Shown here piece by piece: positions 1 through 11,395 of a DNA stretch of 64,000 nt. How positions within the stretch are numbered: the stretch's first letter is position 1; each line of letters opens with the position of its first letter. A model generated the notes under the pieces. The model did not search any database and was not told where the DNA came from. It saw nothing but the letters and a program-made list of their open reading frames with translations. Source of the DNA: Squalus acanthias (lineage: Eukaryota); the NCBI GenBank assembly GCA_030390025.1, contig CM059448.1:4588001-4652000 (forward strand). The letters are read 5' to 3'. The position numbers and the translations under genes are program-made.

Positions 1-389
1 ACATATCTGTGTAATGAAAGGCACTAAGTTCGCCTGCCTCTAATCATGCAGAACCTCGACCAGTGATTCCTCCATGAGACGACAGTGAAACTTCAATCTT
101 TAATATCCTATGAGCATCTTACAGATGAGTCAATCACAAACAAAATTATCCCTACTTTTCAATATCACTAATTTACAACTAAAAAGCAAAATACTGCTGG
201 AAATCAAACTAAAGGCAGGGGGGGGGGGGGGGGGGGGGCACACACTCAAATTAATCACTCAACCTTCCCCAAATGATCCTAGAGCGTCCACAGCCCCGGG
301 ATCCTGAACCATCTGCCCCGGCCACCCCTCAATTGCTAACCAGGATGGGGTGCGAAGTCTGACCGTGGCCGGGCTCTGCCCCCAGTGCC

Positions 390-946
390 CAGCACCGTTA
401 CCTCAGCCACCACCTGCCCCGGTTATAAACCCCACCATCCTCCCGGGGCCGGCTGCTTCTGTCCGGTCTATCCCGTCACCTAGCTGCCTCTTTCTCCACC
501 CGGTATTCATCCCCCGCCTCCCCAGGTTACCCCACCGGTCTCCCTCCGGCCCCGGTTACCTCAGCCTTTGGTCTCTCTCACACACACACACACATCCCCC
601 TGCGCTTACCCCACTCCCCCCCGGTTATCTCCAGCCCTCTCATCACGGGTCACCTCGGCCCCACTCTGCCAGGCCGCCCGGTTTACCCCCCCTCCCCCGG
701 TGCCGGTTACCTCAGGCCCGGAGCTCTCTCTCTTCCCGGCCCCGCTTACCCCCCGGCTCCTGTCGTCCCCTCTCTCTGGCCCCCGGGTTACCTCAGACCC
801 TGGTTCTCTTCCCCCCACCAACAACCCCCGGGTTACCGCGGGTCGCTCGCTCGCTCCCCCTCCCCGGGTTGCCCGGGTTACCGCGGGTGCCTCGCTCGCT
901 CCCCCTCCCCGGGTTGCCCGGGTTACCGCGGGCGCCGGGTTACCTG
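390..946. repeat. Degenerate GC-rich repeat array built on a (C)CGGGTTACC motif
   Basis: About 14 copies or variants of GGTTACC; near-perfect ~45-bp tandem units at ~825-935. Confidence 0.75.
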
Positions 947-1000
947 GCTCCCCTCGCGCTGCCTCTCGCGCTCTTTCCGTTGCTCAGGAACCGCACCGGA
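944..1000 (-). other. Putative non-coding first exon of the divergent gene (VMP1 by synteny); 5' end approximate
   Basis: Minus-strand donor CAG|GTAACC at 944/943 next to the ETS motif; VMP1 is head-to-head with PTRH2 in vertebrates. No VMP1 coding sequence lies in the window. Confidence 0.45.
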
Positions 1001-1239
1001 AGTAGACGTGTTTCTATCCACAACCACCGGACGTCCTTCGACGCTGCAAAGCCCCGCCCACTCGCGCGTCTTAACCCCCCCCTTTAAACTCTCCGTCACC
1101 GGGAGGCGGTTGTAATTGTGGGTATTTTTAAAAACTTTTTAATTCATTAATTTATTTATTTAAAACCGGAATCTCCACAAACAATTTTTAAACACCCGAC
1201 ACTTTGAAATGAATGGAAACGCGTGAGGCGACGTCATCA

Positions 1240-1323
1240 GCGGGCGGCGGTCCGGCCCGGGTTTGTGTCCCCCGGAGCGCGGCTCTGTGGTTGAAGCTGG
1301 ATCGCCGGGAGCGGTTCCCGCAG
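1240..1323 (+). other. PTRH2: Putative PTRH2 exon 1 (5' UTR); start approximate
   Basis: Donor CAG|GTACTG at 1323/1324 inside the CpG island, matched by acceptor TTCATAG| at 3287. Confidence 0.5.
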
Positions 1324-1486
1324 GTACTGGGGGGCCGTGGGCCGGGGGGTGGAGGCGGGCCTTGCGCTTCACAGATTCCGGGGTCAGCCGCACAAACAGC
1401 TTAACGCTTCCCCCATCCCCTGATCACGGGCTGGCCTGAAACGCCGCCTTCTCCCAGACCACGGGTGCTGGCTCTTACTGGGGCCC

Positions 1487-2310
1487 TAGGGTTGCCAACT
1501 CTCCCGGGTTTGGCCTGGAGAAAGAAAGACTTGCATTTCTATAGCGCCTTTCAGCACCTCAGGATGTCCCCAAAGCGCTTTACAGCCAATGAAGTATTTT
1601 TTGAAGTGTAGTCACTGTTGTAATGTAGGAAACGTGGCAGCCAATTTGCTCACAGCAAGCTCCCACAAACAGCAGTGTGATAATGACCAGATAATCTGTT
1701 TGTTAGTGATGTTGATTGAAGGATAAATATTGGCCCTAGGACACCGGGGAGAACTCCCCTGCTGCTTGCTCTTCCATTAGTACCATGGGATCTTTTACGT
1801 CCACCTGAGAGAGCAGATGGGGCCTCGGTTTAACGTCTCATCTGAAAAACGGCACCTCGGACAGTGCGGCACTCCCTCAGCACTGCACTGGAGTGTCAGC
1901 CTAGATTTTTGTGCTCAAGCCTCTGCAGTGGGATCTGAACCCACAACCTTCTGACTCAGAGGCAAGGGTGCTACCCACTGAGCCACGGCTGACACGGGGG
2001 ATCTCTAGGAACTGCAATCTCCAGGACAACCAGGGAGAAAAAAATCATTGGGGCATTTAAAAAAAAAAACAAGTTGTATTTTTTTTTGAACGCTTTCATT
2101 TATTTGTTGTGAAAATATTGGAGATGGGAAAATTGGCTGAAAGTAAAGAATCATCCAATCGAGTAAGAGTCTGTTCACTACGTACTTGGTATGGGAAGGC
2201 GGTGTGTTGTAAGGATGAACATGTTGGACGACCGTTGGCGGGAGTGATGGAGGTGAGGGATAGTGTGATGAAACATCCAGGAATACGTCCAACCAGAGTT
2301 GGCAACCCGA
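1487..2310. mobile_element. Probable non-autonomous DNA transposon (hAT-like MITE) interrupted by a SINE
   Basis: TIRs TAGGGTTGCCAACTCT (1487-1502) / AGAGTTGGCAACCCGA (2295-2310); both flanks contain CTGGGGC (degenerate TSD). Confidence 0.5.
1520..1995 (-). mobile_element. tRNA-derived DeuSINE (SacSINE1-like), full length
   Basis: On minus: tRNA-like head with A/B boxes, Deu core (GATGAGACGTTAAACCGAGG...GATCCCATGG), LINE-derived tail ending GCAAGTCTTTCTTTCT; several similar copies in the window. Confidence 0.85.
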
Positions 2311-3308
2311 CTGGGGCTGGCCCTCAGGTACTTCATCCAAATGGCCATTGGGATCCGACACAGTGCGTGTTGGCGGGATGGTCGATCACAAGGGGGCATC
2401 ACAGCCCCCTCATCCGACATCCACACACACACACATGCGCTTTCCAAGAGGGTCACGGGATAACTGTCAAGATTGGGAACCCTGGCTGATTTCCCCCTCC
2501 CTCCTTTCCTTAGCCCAGGGGCACTGAGGGAATTATAAATCCTCCCGCCCACCCGCCCGCCCCATCAAATCTAACTGCAAAGACTGGGAGAACCTACAAC
2601 TTTCCAGGTCTGCGTGGTATAGTACTGTGCCAGATAGTGTCATTTAACCACTGAACCATTTTCCTTTGCTACAAATGGTTGGGTTTCCAGGGTTGGGAGA
2701 CGGTGGTGGGGTGTCAGTATGCTAGTATCAGAGTAGAAGGAAGTGGTTTTGTGCTGTTTCCCTGAACACAAGTGTTCTGATCTCTATTTGTGTTAATAGA
2801 GGGGTGGGAAAGATACAGAATGCAGGAAGGATAAGCAGGGAGTGTCCCTTTGAGATAGTAAGTGGCAGATGGTTTGCCGCCTTGCTCCCTTGGTTGGGCC
2901 ATGGTGTGGAGTGCAGATAAATCTAGAAAGCAGAAGAACAATATGGGTCCAGATGGGCTGTTTAAAATGATTTCATTATCAAACTGGTACAGTCTCACAG
3001 GAGTGAATTTGTGCTGCTGGGTATATCAGGATGGTCAGATGTCTTGGTTTGACCAGAACAGCCATTCCTGGAGCTCTGAGTGCACTATTTCAGAGAGCAG
3101 GAGATTTTGTTGCCGAATTAAGGGGCCATATGGAATGTTTGGGGTATTCACTGCATAAAAGCACAATTTCCTGCATTTTCATTTATTAGTTAAATGCACC
3201 AGGAATTTCCCCTCAGCAGTCCTGTAATAACTGGATACAGTAAAGGCTGGATACGATAATATTCTTTCTTTGTCTTCACGTTCATAGGTGTTTGCAGAGA
3301 GGCACAGA

Positions 3309-3821
3309 ATGGAGACTCTGGCCACCCCGTTAGCTTTAGGGATTTTGGCAGGAGTTGGATGCGGTTTGTGCCTGGGTTGGCTGATACGCGGACGATTTAT
3401 TGGATCCTTAAAAACCCTGCCCTCTGTGCGGAACGCAGGGATGGAGACGAGCACCATGGGGGAGGGTGGGGAGTACAAGATGGTTTTGGTGGTCCGTAAC
3501 GACCTGAAGATGGGGAAGGGTAAAGTGGCGGCTCAGTGCTCTCACGCTGCTGTCTCAGCGTACAGGCAGGTCCAGAAACGGAATCCGGATCTGCTCCGGC
3601 AGTGGGAGTACTGCGGGCAGCCCAAAGTGGTCGTCAAGGCACCAGACGAGGGTTGCATCGTCGACCTGCTGATGCACGCCAAGGAGCTGGGGCTGACCGT
3701 GAGTTTGATCCAGGATGCTGGCCGCACTCAGATAGCGCCTGGCTCACGTACCGTCCTGGGCGTTGGACCAGCCTCGGCGAAATTAGTGGACAAAGTAACG
3801 GGGCACCTGAAACTTTATTGA
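3309..3821 (+). CDS. PTRH2: Peptidyl-tRNA hydrolase 2, mitochondrial (Bit1), 170 aa, single coding exon
   Basis: N-terminal hydrophobic anchor, then PTH2 domain motifs [66 protein letters not shown]; strong Kozak AGAATGG; acceptor at 3287; ORF open from GTG 3288. Confidence 0.97.
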   Translation: METLATPLALGILAGVGCGLCLGWLIRGRFIGSLKTLPSVRNAGMETSTMGEGGEYKMVLVVRNDLKMGKGKVAAQCSHAAVSAYRQVQKRNPDLLRQWEYCGQPKVVVKAPDEGCIVDLLMHAKELGLTVSLIQDAGRTQIAPGSRTVLGVGPASAKLVDKVTGHLKLY

Positions 3822-4751
3822 AATGTATCAGTGCCGCGACTGAATGGGCAGTTGGATGGACTCACCAGTCTCGAACCTACCGCTGCGAGTGTTATCGACA
3901 GTCAGTGCTTCCCTGCAGACGGGCTGCAGGATCTCGTTTTTTTTGGAGTCAATCCATATTGATAGGGTATTAGGCAGCGCTCTGTATTCATTCGTTTAAC
4001 GCTGACGAGATTGGAGTGAGTGGACGTGGCAGAGGAGTTTCCCTGTTGAAGTGAAAACGGAACACGTGTGGAGCGCTGGCGATCTGCCCACTCTCTGGTC
4101 AATTGGCATCGGCCCAGCTGGTTCCGTTGTGCCCCGAGACTCTGCGTTCTGCAGAGGCACCGTGTCCCCTCTGGTTAAAACCCTCGCTGGTGGGGGCAGG
4201 CGAGCAAGTCAAAGTCAGCTGAGGCTCGGAGGAGATGAGGCACTCCCGTCAACAGAGCTTCTGAGACCCAGGCAACTTGCTAAAGAACGGTAACGCAATG
4301 CACCGGCACCACAAAAGCTCGGAAGGTCCTACATGGAGGGGTTTTTCTAGCAACACCCGCCCCCCCAACCCCAGCTCCAGTCTCTTCACATTGGAAAAAG
4401 ACAAGTACAATGCTACAATACAAAATATCCCTAGAAAAAGAACATTCCAAATCCGAGCTCACAAATTGCCCTGTGGGGCTGATCTGTGGGATGTACTGAA
4501 TATCAATGACGTTCTGTAGAGGTTACGGAACCTTTCAATTGAAACAAACTCTGCAGACTGCTTAATCAGTGCTTGACCAACGCCATGGACTCTGAGCCAG
4601 ACCAGCATGAGGCGTGTGAGAGGCCAGTTCATTTAAATGAGGCAAATTCTGGAATTTGTTACCTGGTGACCCTGAGACACCTCAAGTCACTTTGATGTTG
4701 ATTGTTTTATGGATGAATAACTGCTCCCAAGGACTGTCTCCATTGTTCAAT

Positions 4752-4815
4752 ATTAAAGAGTCACAAAGCTGATGAATTACTTTATTAAAGTGTCAGTATA
4801 ATTTTTATTTTTTTA
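4752..4815 (+). terminator. Candidate PTRH2 poly(A) signals
   Basis: ATTAAA at 4752-4757 and 4784-4789 followed by a U-rich tract, just before the TE-rich region. Confidence 0.4.
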
Positions 4816-5184
4816 ATGAATTTGCACTTAAACATGATGGCTGACACCCACTGTAACTTGCTTGACATTGGCGGAGCATTGTTGCTCCCAGGGCTTCCTG
4901 CAGCACCTGGTAGGTTAGCCCTCTTGGGCCCTTTCACTCCTCCATTGTCGAGCATTGGTGCCACCCTGTGTTTGGGTGGGACGGTTTCTGTACCACGATT
5001 TGGTGATATTAGTGTGGAGGCAGGTTGGCTGGTGGAGTGGTAAAAAGTTAATGTGTGGCGTAATCATGCATGGAGTGACTTCAGAAATTATCCACTTGGT
5101 GAACTCGGATGTGCCACTGCATGACTTTATACCTCTTCCTCCACATAAACTCTCCTACCCATATTCATGGCCACCTTGCATCTC

Positions 5185-5312
5185 AACGAAAGGTCATCGA
5201 CCTGAAACGGTAACTCTGTTCCTCTCTCCACAGATGCTGCCTGACCTGCTGAGTATTTCCAAACATTTTCTGTTTTTATTTCAGATTTGCAGCATCCGCA
5301 GTATTTTGCTTT
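5185..5312 (+). mobile_element. Solo Penelope-like pLTR insertion, 5'-truncated within its hammerhead
   Basis: Matches the pLTR at 15085-15180 plus tail; 9-bp TSD TTGCATCTC at 5176-5184 and 5313-5321. Confidence 0.8.
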
Positions 5313-6821
5313 TTGCATCTCTCACGTGACCTCTCTACTCTCATTGTCTCGATCACACACAAGGACATCTCTGACCATTTCCTTGTAACTCTTGCCACCA
5401 ATATCACCCCTACCGCCTTCCTGCCCCACTTCTTTCTGCATCCGCCCCTGCAGAAAGTCTCAGCTCATCCGCTGCTGAAACCCTCATCCATGCCTGTGTT
5501 ACCTCTAGACTTGACTATTCCAACACACTCCTGGCTGGCCTCCCACATTCCACCCTACGTAAACTTGAGGTCATCCAAAACTCGGCTGCCCGTGTCTTAA
5601 CTGCACCAATTCCCGTTCACCCATCACCCCTGTGCTTGCTGACCTACATTGGCTCCTGGTTAAGCAATGCCTCGATTTTAAAATTCTCATCCTGGATTTC
5701 AAATCCCTCTCTGGCCTCACCCCTCCCTATCTCTGTAATTGCCTCCAGCCCCACAACCCTCCAGAGATATCTGTACTCCTCTAATTCTGGCCTCTTGAGC
5801 ATCCCTGATTATAATCGCTCCACCATTGGTGGCCGTGCCTTCGGCTGCCGAGGCCCTAAGCTCTGGAATTCCAACTCTAAACCTCTCCGCCTCTCTTTCC
5901 TCCTTTAAGATGCTGCTTAAAACCTACCTCTTTGACTCTGCCCTAATATCTCCTTATGTGGCTCGGTGTCAAATTTTGTTTGATAACGCTGCTGTGAAGC
6001 GCCTTGGGACATTTTACTATATTAAAGGTGCTATATAAATGCAATTGTTGTTGGAAAAAACATCCTCAAAGTCACTTACAGTTGCACTTTCAAGCTCCCA
6101 ACTTTGGCCTCCCATTCGCCACGGCACTTCTGCATCTGTTGATCTGCTCAATCACTCCCTCTCCTGCACCGTTGATGCCCTTGTCTCCAATAAAACCTTT
6201 ACTCGCTCCTATCCTGGTCGTTCCCCCTGTTACGGCCACCATCCTCACTCCCTCAAGTCCAAAGGGATGCAGACTTGAACTCAGCTTGCGCACGACTGGT
6301 TTAGCCGTCCATCACCACATCTGGCTGGACCACATCAAGCACTACCAGGCCCACTGTTCTGCCAAAACCCGAAAAGATAACCCCTGGCTTATTCCCTCCA
6401 CTACCAACCGATTCCTTAAACTCCTTATCCAATCTTCCCCGCCTCACTTCCGACTAGTACAGGAGCTCATGGACGTTTTTGTCACCTAAGATTGAGACCC
6501 ACCATTCAGCTGTCGCTGCTGTTTCCCTTTGCCCATTAAGCCAAGGCTCCCCCCCCCAGCCTGCCCTGAACCCGCACCTTTCTCTAGTTTCTCTCTTATC
6601 TCCCCTCACCAGTGAGAACACCTTCCCATTAAATTACTGACGACCCAACTTCCATTTCTGGCCCTCATGCTAGTCGACACTGTCAATGGTTCCCCTTCCC
6701 TTTCAATACTGCCATTGTCACCCCTCCTCAAAATACCTACCCCTAACCTTTCTGTCCTTGAAAACTACCACCCCATCTCCAACATCCCTTTACTCTCCAA
6801 AATCCTTGAACGCGTTGTCAC

Positions 6822-6976
6822 CAATGTACCCTCTAATTTTTTTTTCGTGCGCGGTCCCTTTTAGAGGCTGCGCGGCCCATTCAAACCTTCGGGTATGAGC
6901 GGTTTCTTCCACTTAAAAGCCGGTGAGCGGCCTGCGCGGGACCACCAGAGCGCCGCGCAGCTTAGCCGGAACTTTG
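6822..6976. mobile_element. 155-bp hAT-type MITE inserted in a LINE fragment
   Basis: Perfect 8-bp TSD GTTGTCAC (6814-6821, 6977-6984); imperfect TIRs CAATGTACCCTCTAA / TTAGCCGGAACTTTG. Confidence 0.75.
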
Positions 6977-7769
6977 GTTGTCACCTCAGAAATCCATGCC
7001 CAACTTTCCTGCAACTCCATTTGAATCCCTGTCCTTGGGTTTTCACCCCTGCCACAGCACTGAAACGGCCTTAATAAAAGTCACAAATGACATCCTCTGT
7101 GACTGATGTATTATCCGATCTCCACCACAGTGCAGCCTCCAGTTGTCCACCTTCCTGATTATCCACCAGAATTTTCACGGGATGCCGCCTTGTATGAAAT
7201 GTTACAATTATTTTTAATTTGTTCTCAGGATACGGGTGTCACTGGTGTGACAGCAGTTGCTGCATATCGCTAGTTGCCTTGCGCTGGTGCTGGTGGGCCT
7301 TCTTGAACTGCTGCAGTCCAGGTGCCGATGGTGCTCCCACAATGTTGTTACAGTCCCCTGCCACTTTAAAAGGTCCACGTTTAAACCGGTTGGTCGCTTA
7401 TATTGGCCAAAAAGCGATAACCATTATCCATTTGTATTAACGTCAATTTCAGAGTTGCCGGTTACAGTGTCTTAAAGTGACCTGTTTTATTTCGGGCAGA
7501 AAGGCTGTGTTTATTCACGTTCGCTGAATGTACAGGAATAACAGAGCCTTATTGCGTGATTATTTTTATGCTGGGAATGTGCTACATTGATTCAGATGTT
7601 ACAGTTTCTCTGAATGCATGACTCGCAGCCTCTGCTGCTGATGGATATAGTTGGGGTCGGTACATTTTGCCATTTCCTAATTTGTGACTTTTTAATCGGT
7701 TTCTTCTGAAAGGTGATTATTCCATTTCACTCTCATTAAATCTTAACTCAAAGGGAATGTACAGGGCAA

Positions 7770-8227
7770 ATCCAGGACAAAGCAGCACGCTTGATTGGCA
7801 CCCCATCCACCACCTTAAACATTCACTCCCTCCACCACCGGCGTACCATGCCTGCAGTGTGTACCATCTACAAGATGCACTGCAGCAACTCGCCAAGGCT
7901 TCTTCGGCAGCACATCCCAAACCCGCGACCTCTTCCACCTAGAAGGACAAGGGCAGTAGGCGCATGGGAACACCACCACCTCCAGGTTCCCCTCAAAGTC
8001 ACACACCATCCTGACTTAGAAGTATATCGCCGATCCTTCATCATCGCTGGGTCAAAATCCTGGAACTCCCTACCTAACAGCACTGTGGGAGTACCATCAC
8101 CACACGGACTGCAGCGGTTCAAGAAGGCGGCTCACCACCACCTTCTCAAGGGCAACTAGGGATGGGCAATAAATGCTGGCATTGCCATCGACGCCCTGAT
8201 CCCATAAACGAATAAAAAAAAATAAAA
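7770..8227 (+). mobile_element. 3' end of a CR1-group LINE (ORF2 C-terminus plus tail)
   Basis: IQDKAARLIG...HSLHHRR...RRSFIIAGSKSWNSLP...KGN*, A-rich end; near-identical copy at 9511-9994. Confidence 0.8.
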
Positions 8228-8627
8228 AATGACTTTTTAATTTTATTAACGCTACCCCGTTATACCATGCACTGTGCATAGCGGGCAAATCGCGTTCACA
8301 CAAACACTCCCGCTATAAGCAGTGGGGACTGTAAGTGGCGAATTCCAGGATATTGACCCAGCAATGATGAATGATTGATGATGTTTGTCCAAGTGTGGAT
8401 GGTGTATGACTTGGAGGGGAACTTGTAAGAACATGAGATTGCTGCTCTTGTCCTTCTGAGTGTAGAGGTCACAAGGGTGGGAGATGCTGTAATGCAGCCT
8501 GTAGATAGGATATGATCCAGCAACAGTGTGCCAGTGATGATGGAGAAGAATATTGTGTCCCGTGTTAGGGACACTGGTCAAGCTGCCGTGTCCTGGGTAG
8601 TGTCGAGTATTAGGTGTGGGGGTCAAT

Positions 8628-9087
8628 AGAAAGAAAGACTTGCATTTCTATAGCGCCTTTCATGACCATCGGATGTCCCAAAGCGCTTTACAGCCAATGA
8701 ATTATTTTTTTGAAGTGTAGTCACTGTTGTAATGTAGGAAACACAGCAGCCAATATGCACACAGCAAGATCCCACAAACAGCAATGTGGTAATGACCAGA
8801 TCATCTGCTTTATTGATGTTGATTGAGAGAGAATTATTGGCCAGGACACCGAGGAGAACTCCCCTGCTCTTCTTCAAATTGTGGCCATGGGATCTTTTAC
8901 GTCCACCTGAGAGAGCAGACGGGGCTTCAGTTTAACGTCTCATCTGAAAGACGGCACCTCTGACAGTGCAGCGCTCCCTCACTGGAGTGTCGGGCTGGAT
9001 TTTTGTGCTCAAGTCTCTGGAGTGGGGACTTGAACCCACAACCTTCTGACTTTGAGGCAAGAGTGCTACCCACTGAGCCACAGCTGA
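8628..9087 (-). mobile_element. SacSINE1-like DeuSINE, full length
   Basis: Colinear and highly similar to 1520-1995. Confidence 0.85.
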
Positions 9088-9510
9088 TGTACAATTTTTA
9101 TATCTACATAACAATTGTATAAAAAATGTAATATAGGTTAAAAAGATCCCAAGTGCTCCACTGGACCTCCTTGACATTTTGATGTCAACAGCCAAGAGGT
9201 CAGGTCAACTGTTGGAAGTGTAAATTTCAAACCATGTGCAGCTCTGTGTGCGTGTGTGTGCACAAATGTGTGTGTGCACAAATCTCCATTGTGCCAGAAT
9301 TGTGCATAGCAGACAGTATGACAGTGCTGCGGGCCCACACTATTTTAAGCAGGTATTAGTCTCAAGGTGTTAAACCCAACAGGGCTATAACAGGTGCACA
9401 GCACCAGCCTTGGCTCAGTGGGTAGCGCCCTCGCCTCTAAGTCAGAGGTTGTGGATTCATATTCCCACTCCAGAGACGAGCAGCAAATCTCAGCTGACAG
9501 CATCCCCTGT

Positions 9511-9994
9511 AATACTCTCCACTTGCCTGGATGAGTGCAGCTCCAACAACACTCAAGCTCGACACCATCCAGGACAAAGCAGCCCGCTCGATTGGCACCC
9601 CATCCACCAGCTTAAACATTCACTCCCTCCACCACCAGCGTACCGTGGCTGCAGTGTGTACTATCTACAAGATGCACTGCAGCAACTCCCAAACCTGCGA
9701 CCTCTTCCACCTAGAAGGACAAGGGCAGCAGGTGCATGGGAACACCACCACCTCCAAGTTCCCCTCCAAGTCACACACCATCCTGACTTAGAAGTATGTC
9801 GCCGATCCTTCATCGTTGCTGGGTCAAAATCCTGGAACTCCCTCCCTAACAGCACTGTGGGAGTCCCTTCACCACACAGACTGCAGCGGTTCAAGGCGGC
9901 GGCTCACCACCACCTTCTCAAGGGCAATTAGGGATGGGCAATAAATGCTGGCCTTGCCAGCGACGCCCACATCCCATGAATGAATTTTAAAAAA
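9511..9994 (+). mobile_element. 3' end of a CR1-group LINE, same family as 7770-8227
   Basis: Same translated motifs and tail; preceded by a SINE tRNA head at ~9405-9500. Confidence 0.8.
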
Positions 9995-10668
9995 TTGAAC
10001 TGCTGTCTCCTCTCAGGAATTTGTCAAGTTCCTTTTAAATGACTTGTCACTCTGACTCAGCTGTTTGTTCCAGAGGGTGGTGATTCTCTGCGTAAAGAAA
10101 TATAATCTGGTGGCTAACCTCTTTGCCAATGGAATTTATCTGCATGCCCCCCAGTCCAAACATTCCCCATTCATCTCAAGTGACCAATCTAACCAGACTG
10201 AATCCAATCCCCCCTTCATCATTTTGAAAACTTCAATCATATTCCCCTCTCAGCCTGTGTGTCTCCAAAGTAAATAACTCCAACTCTTGGAGCCTGTCCT
10301 CATTGGTGTCATCCTGCTCACCCTCCTCGGCACCCTCTACATCCTTCCCCATGTTCAGGGACTAACACTGGACACAATACTCCCAAGTACAGATGTACCA
10401 GAGCCTTCTATAGCCTGAGTATTTTGTACTCAGTTGCCCTAATCAATACAACCTCAAACTTTACTTGCTTTCCCCATAGCCTCCTCACAGCTTGCACACC
10501 TTCAGCAGATGATTCACCAATTACCTCCAGGACTCTAGTGATTACCTTTAACAGGCACACTGTAAGGTATAAAAATGCCTGGAGATTCCTAACCTGAAGT
10601 CCAGCTGTCCACAATAAGTGGCATCTGCTACACACAGGCCCATTCGCCTACTTTGTCTACCTGCAATC

Positions 10669-11395
10669 GTACAAAAGCAGAACACTGGGGATGCTGGAAA
10701 TCTGAAGTAAAAACAGAAAATGCTGGAAATACTCAGCAGGTCAGGCAGCATCTGTAGAGAGAGAAACAGAGTTAACGTTGCAGGTCGATGACCCTTCGTC
10801 AGAACTGGAAAAAGTCAGAGATGTAACAGATTTTTAAGCAAGTGGGGAGGGGAGGAAAGAACAAAAGGGAAAGTCTGTGAGAGGGTGGAAGGCAGGAGAA
10901 ATTAAAAGACTAAAGAGATGATGGTGCAAGGCAAAAGGAGATGGTAATGGGACAAGTTAAGAAACAAAAGATGACTCTAGATGAGGTTTAAATGGGAATG
11001 GCAGAATCATCAGCAGCTGCCACGTGAGAGAGACAAAAAAAAATGAAAAAAAAAATAGGGGCAGAGGTTATGGTCTGAAATTGTTGAATTCGATGTTGAG
11101 TCCAGAAGGCTGTAAAGTGCCTAATCGAAAGATGAGGTGCTGTTCCTCGAGCTTACGTTGAGCTTCATTGGAACAGTGTAAGAGGCCGAGGACGGAGAGG
11201 TCAGAGTGGGAGTGGAGCGGAGAATTAAAGTGACAGGCAACCGGAAGCTCGGGGTCACCCTTACGGACTGAACGGAGGTGCTCCGCAAAGCGGTCACCCA
11301 ATCTGCGCTTGGTCTCCCCAATGTAGAGGAGACCACATCGTGAGCAGCGAATACAGTATATTAAATTGCAAGAAGTACAAGTAAATCGCTGTTTC
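10669..11395 (-). mobile_element. 5'-truncated Penelope-like retroelement: GIY-YIG endonuclease, pLTR and tail
   Basis: NLIYCIRCSRCGLLYIGET...R..EH...HF...E...GLN (GIY-YIG with CCHH, stop at 11068); 10-bp TSD ACCTGCAATC at 10659-10668 and 11396-11405. Confidence 0.9.
10770..10806 (-). ncRNA. Minimal type I hammerhead ribozyme with a core mutation (GAAA to GCAA)
   Basis: AGTT-CTGACGA-A-GGGTC-ATC-GACCT-GCAA-CG-TT-AACT on the minus strand. Confidence 0.6.

Larger units (their letters stand above)
290..1470. promoter_or_regulatory. CpG island / bidirectional promoter for PTRH2 (+) and a divergent gene (probably VMP1, -)
   Basis: GC- and CpG-rich block; ETS/GABP motif CCGGAAGT 996-1003, GC box CCCCGCCC ~1052-1059, CRE-like GACGTCA 1230-1236; splice donors point outward on both strands. 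Confidence 0.8.
5125..7110 (+). mobile_element. Fragmented L2/CR1-group LINE remnants, including a 3' end at ~5455-6052
   Basis: RT-like peptide LENYHPISNIPLLSKILERVV, C-terminal GGRAF..GPKLWNS, and the tail GTGAAGCGCCTTGGGAC...TATATAAATGCAA; frameshifted. Confidence 0.75.

Noticed and set aside
218-238. Poly-G runs (also ~26940-26960 and 55688-55710) as functional G-quadruplexes
   Set aside because: Simple homopolymers of uncertain assembled length; no supporting context.
350-1087. 245-aa Pro-rich ORF and overlapping ORFs
   Set aside because: Product of a GC-rich repeat in the CpG island; GTG start, low complexity, no recognisable domain.
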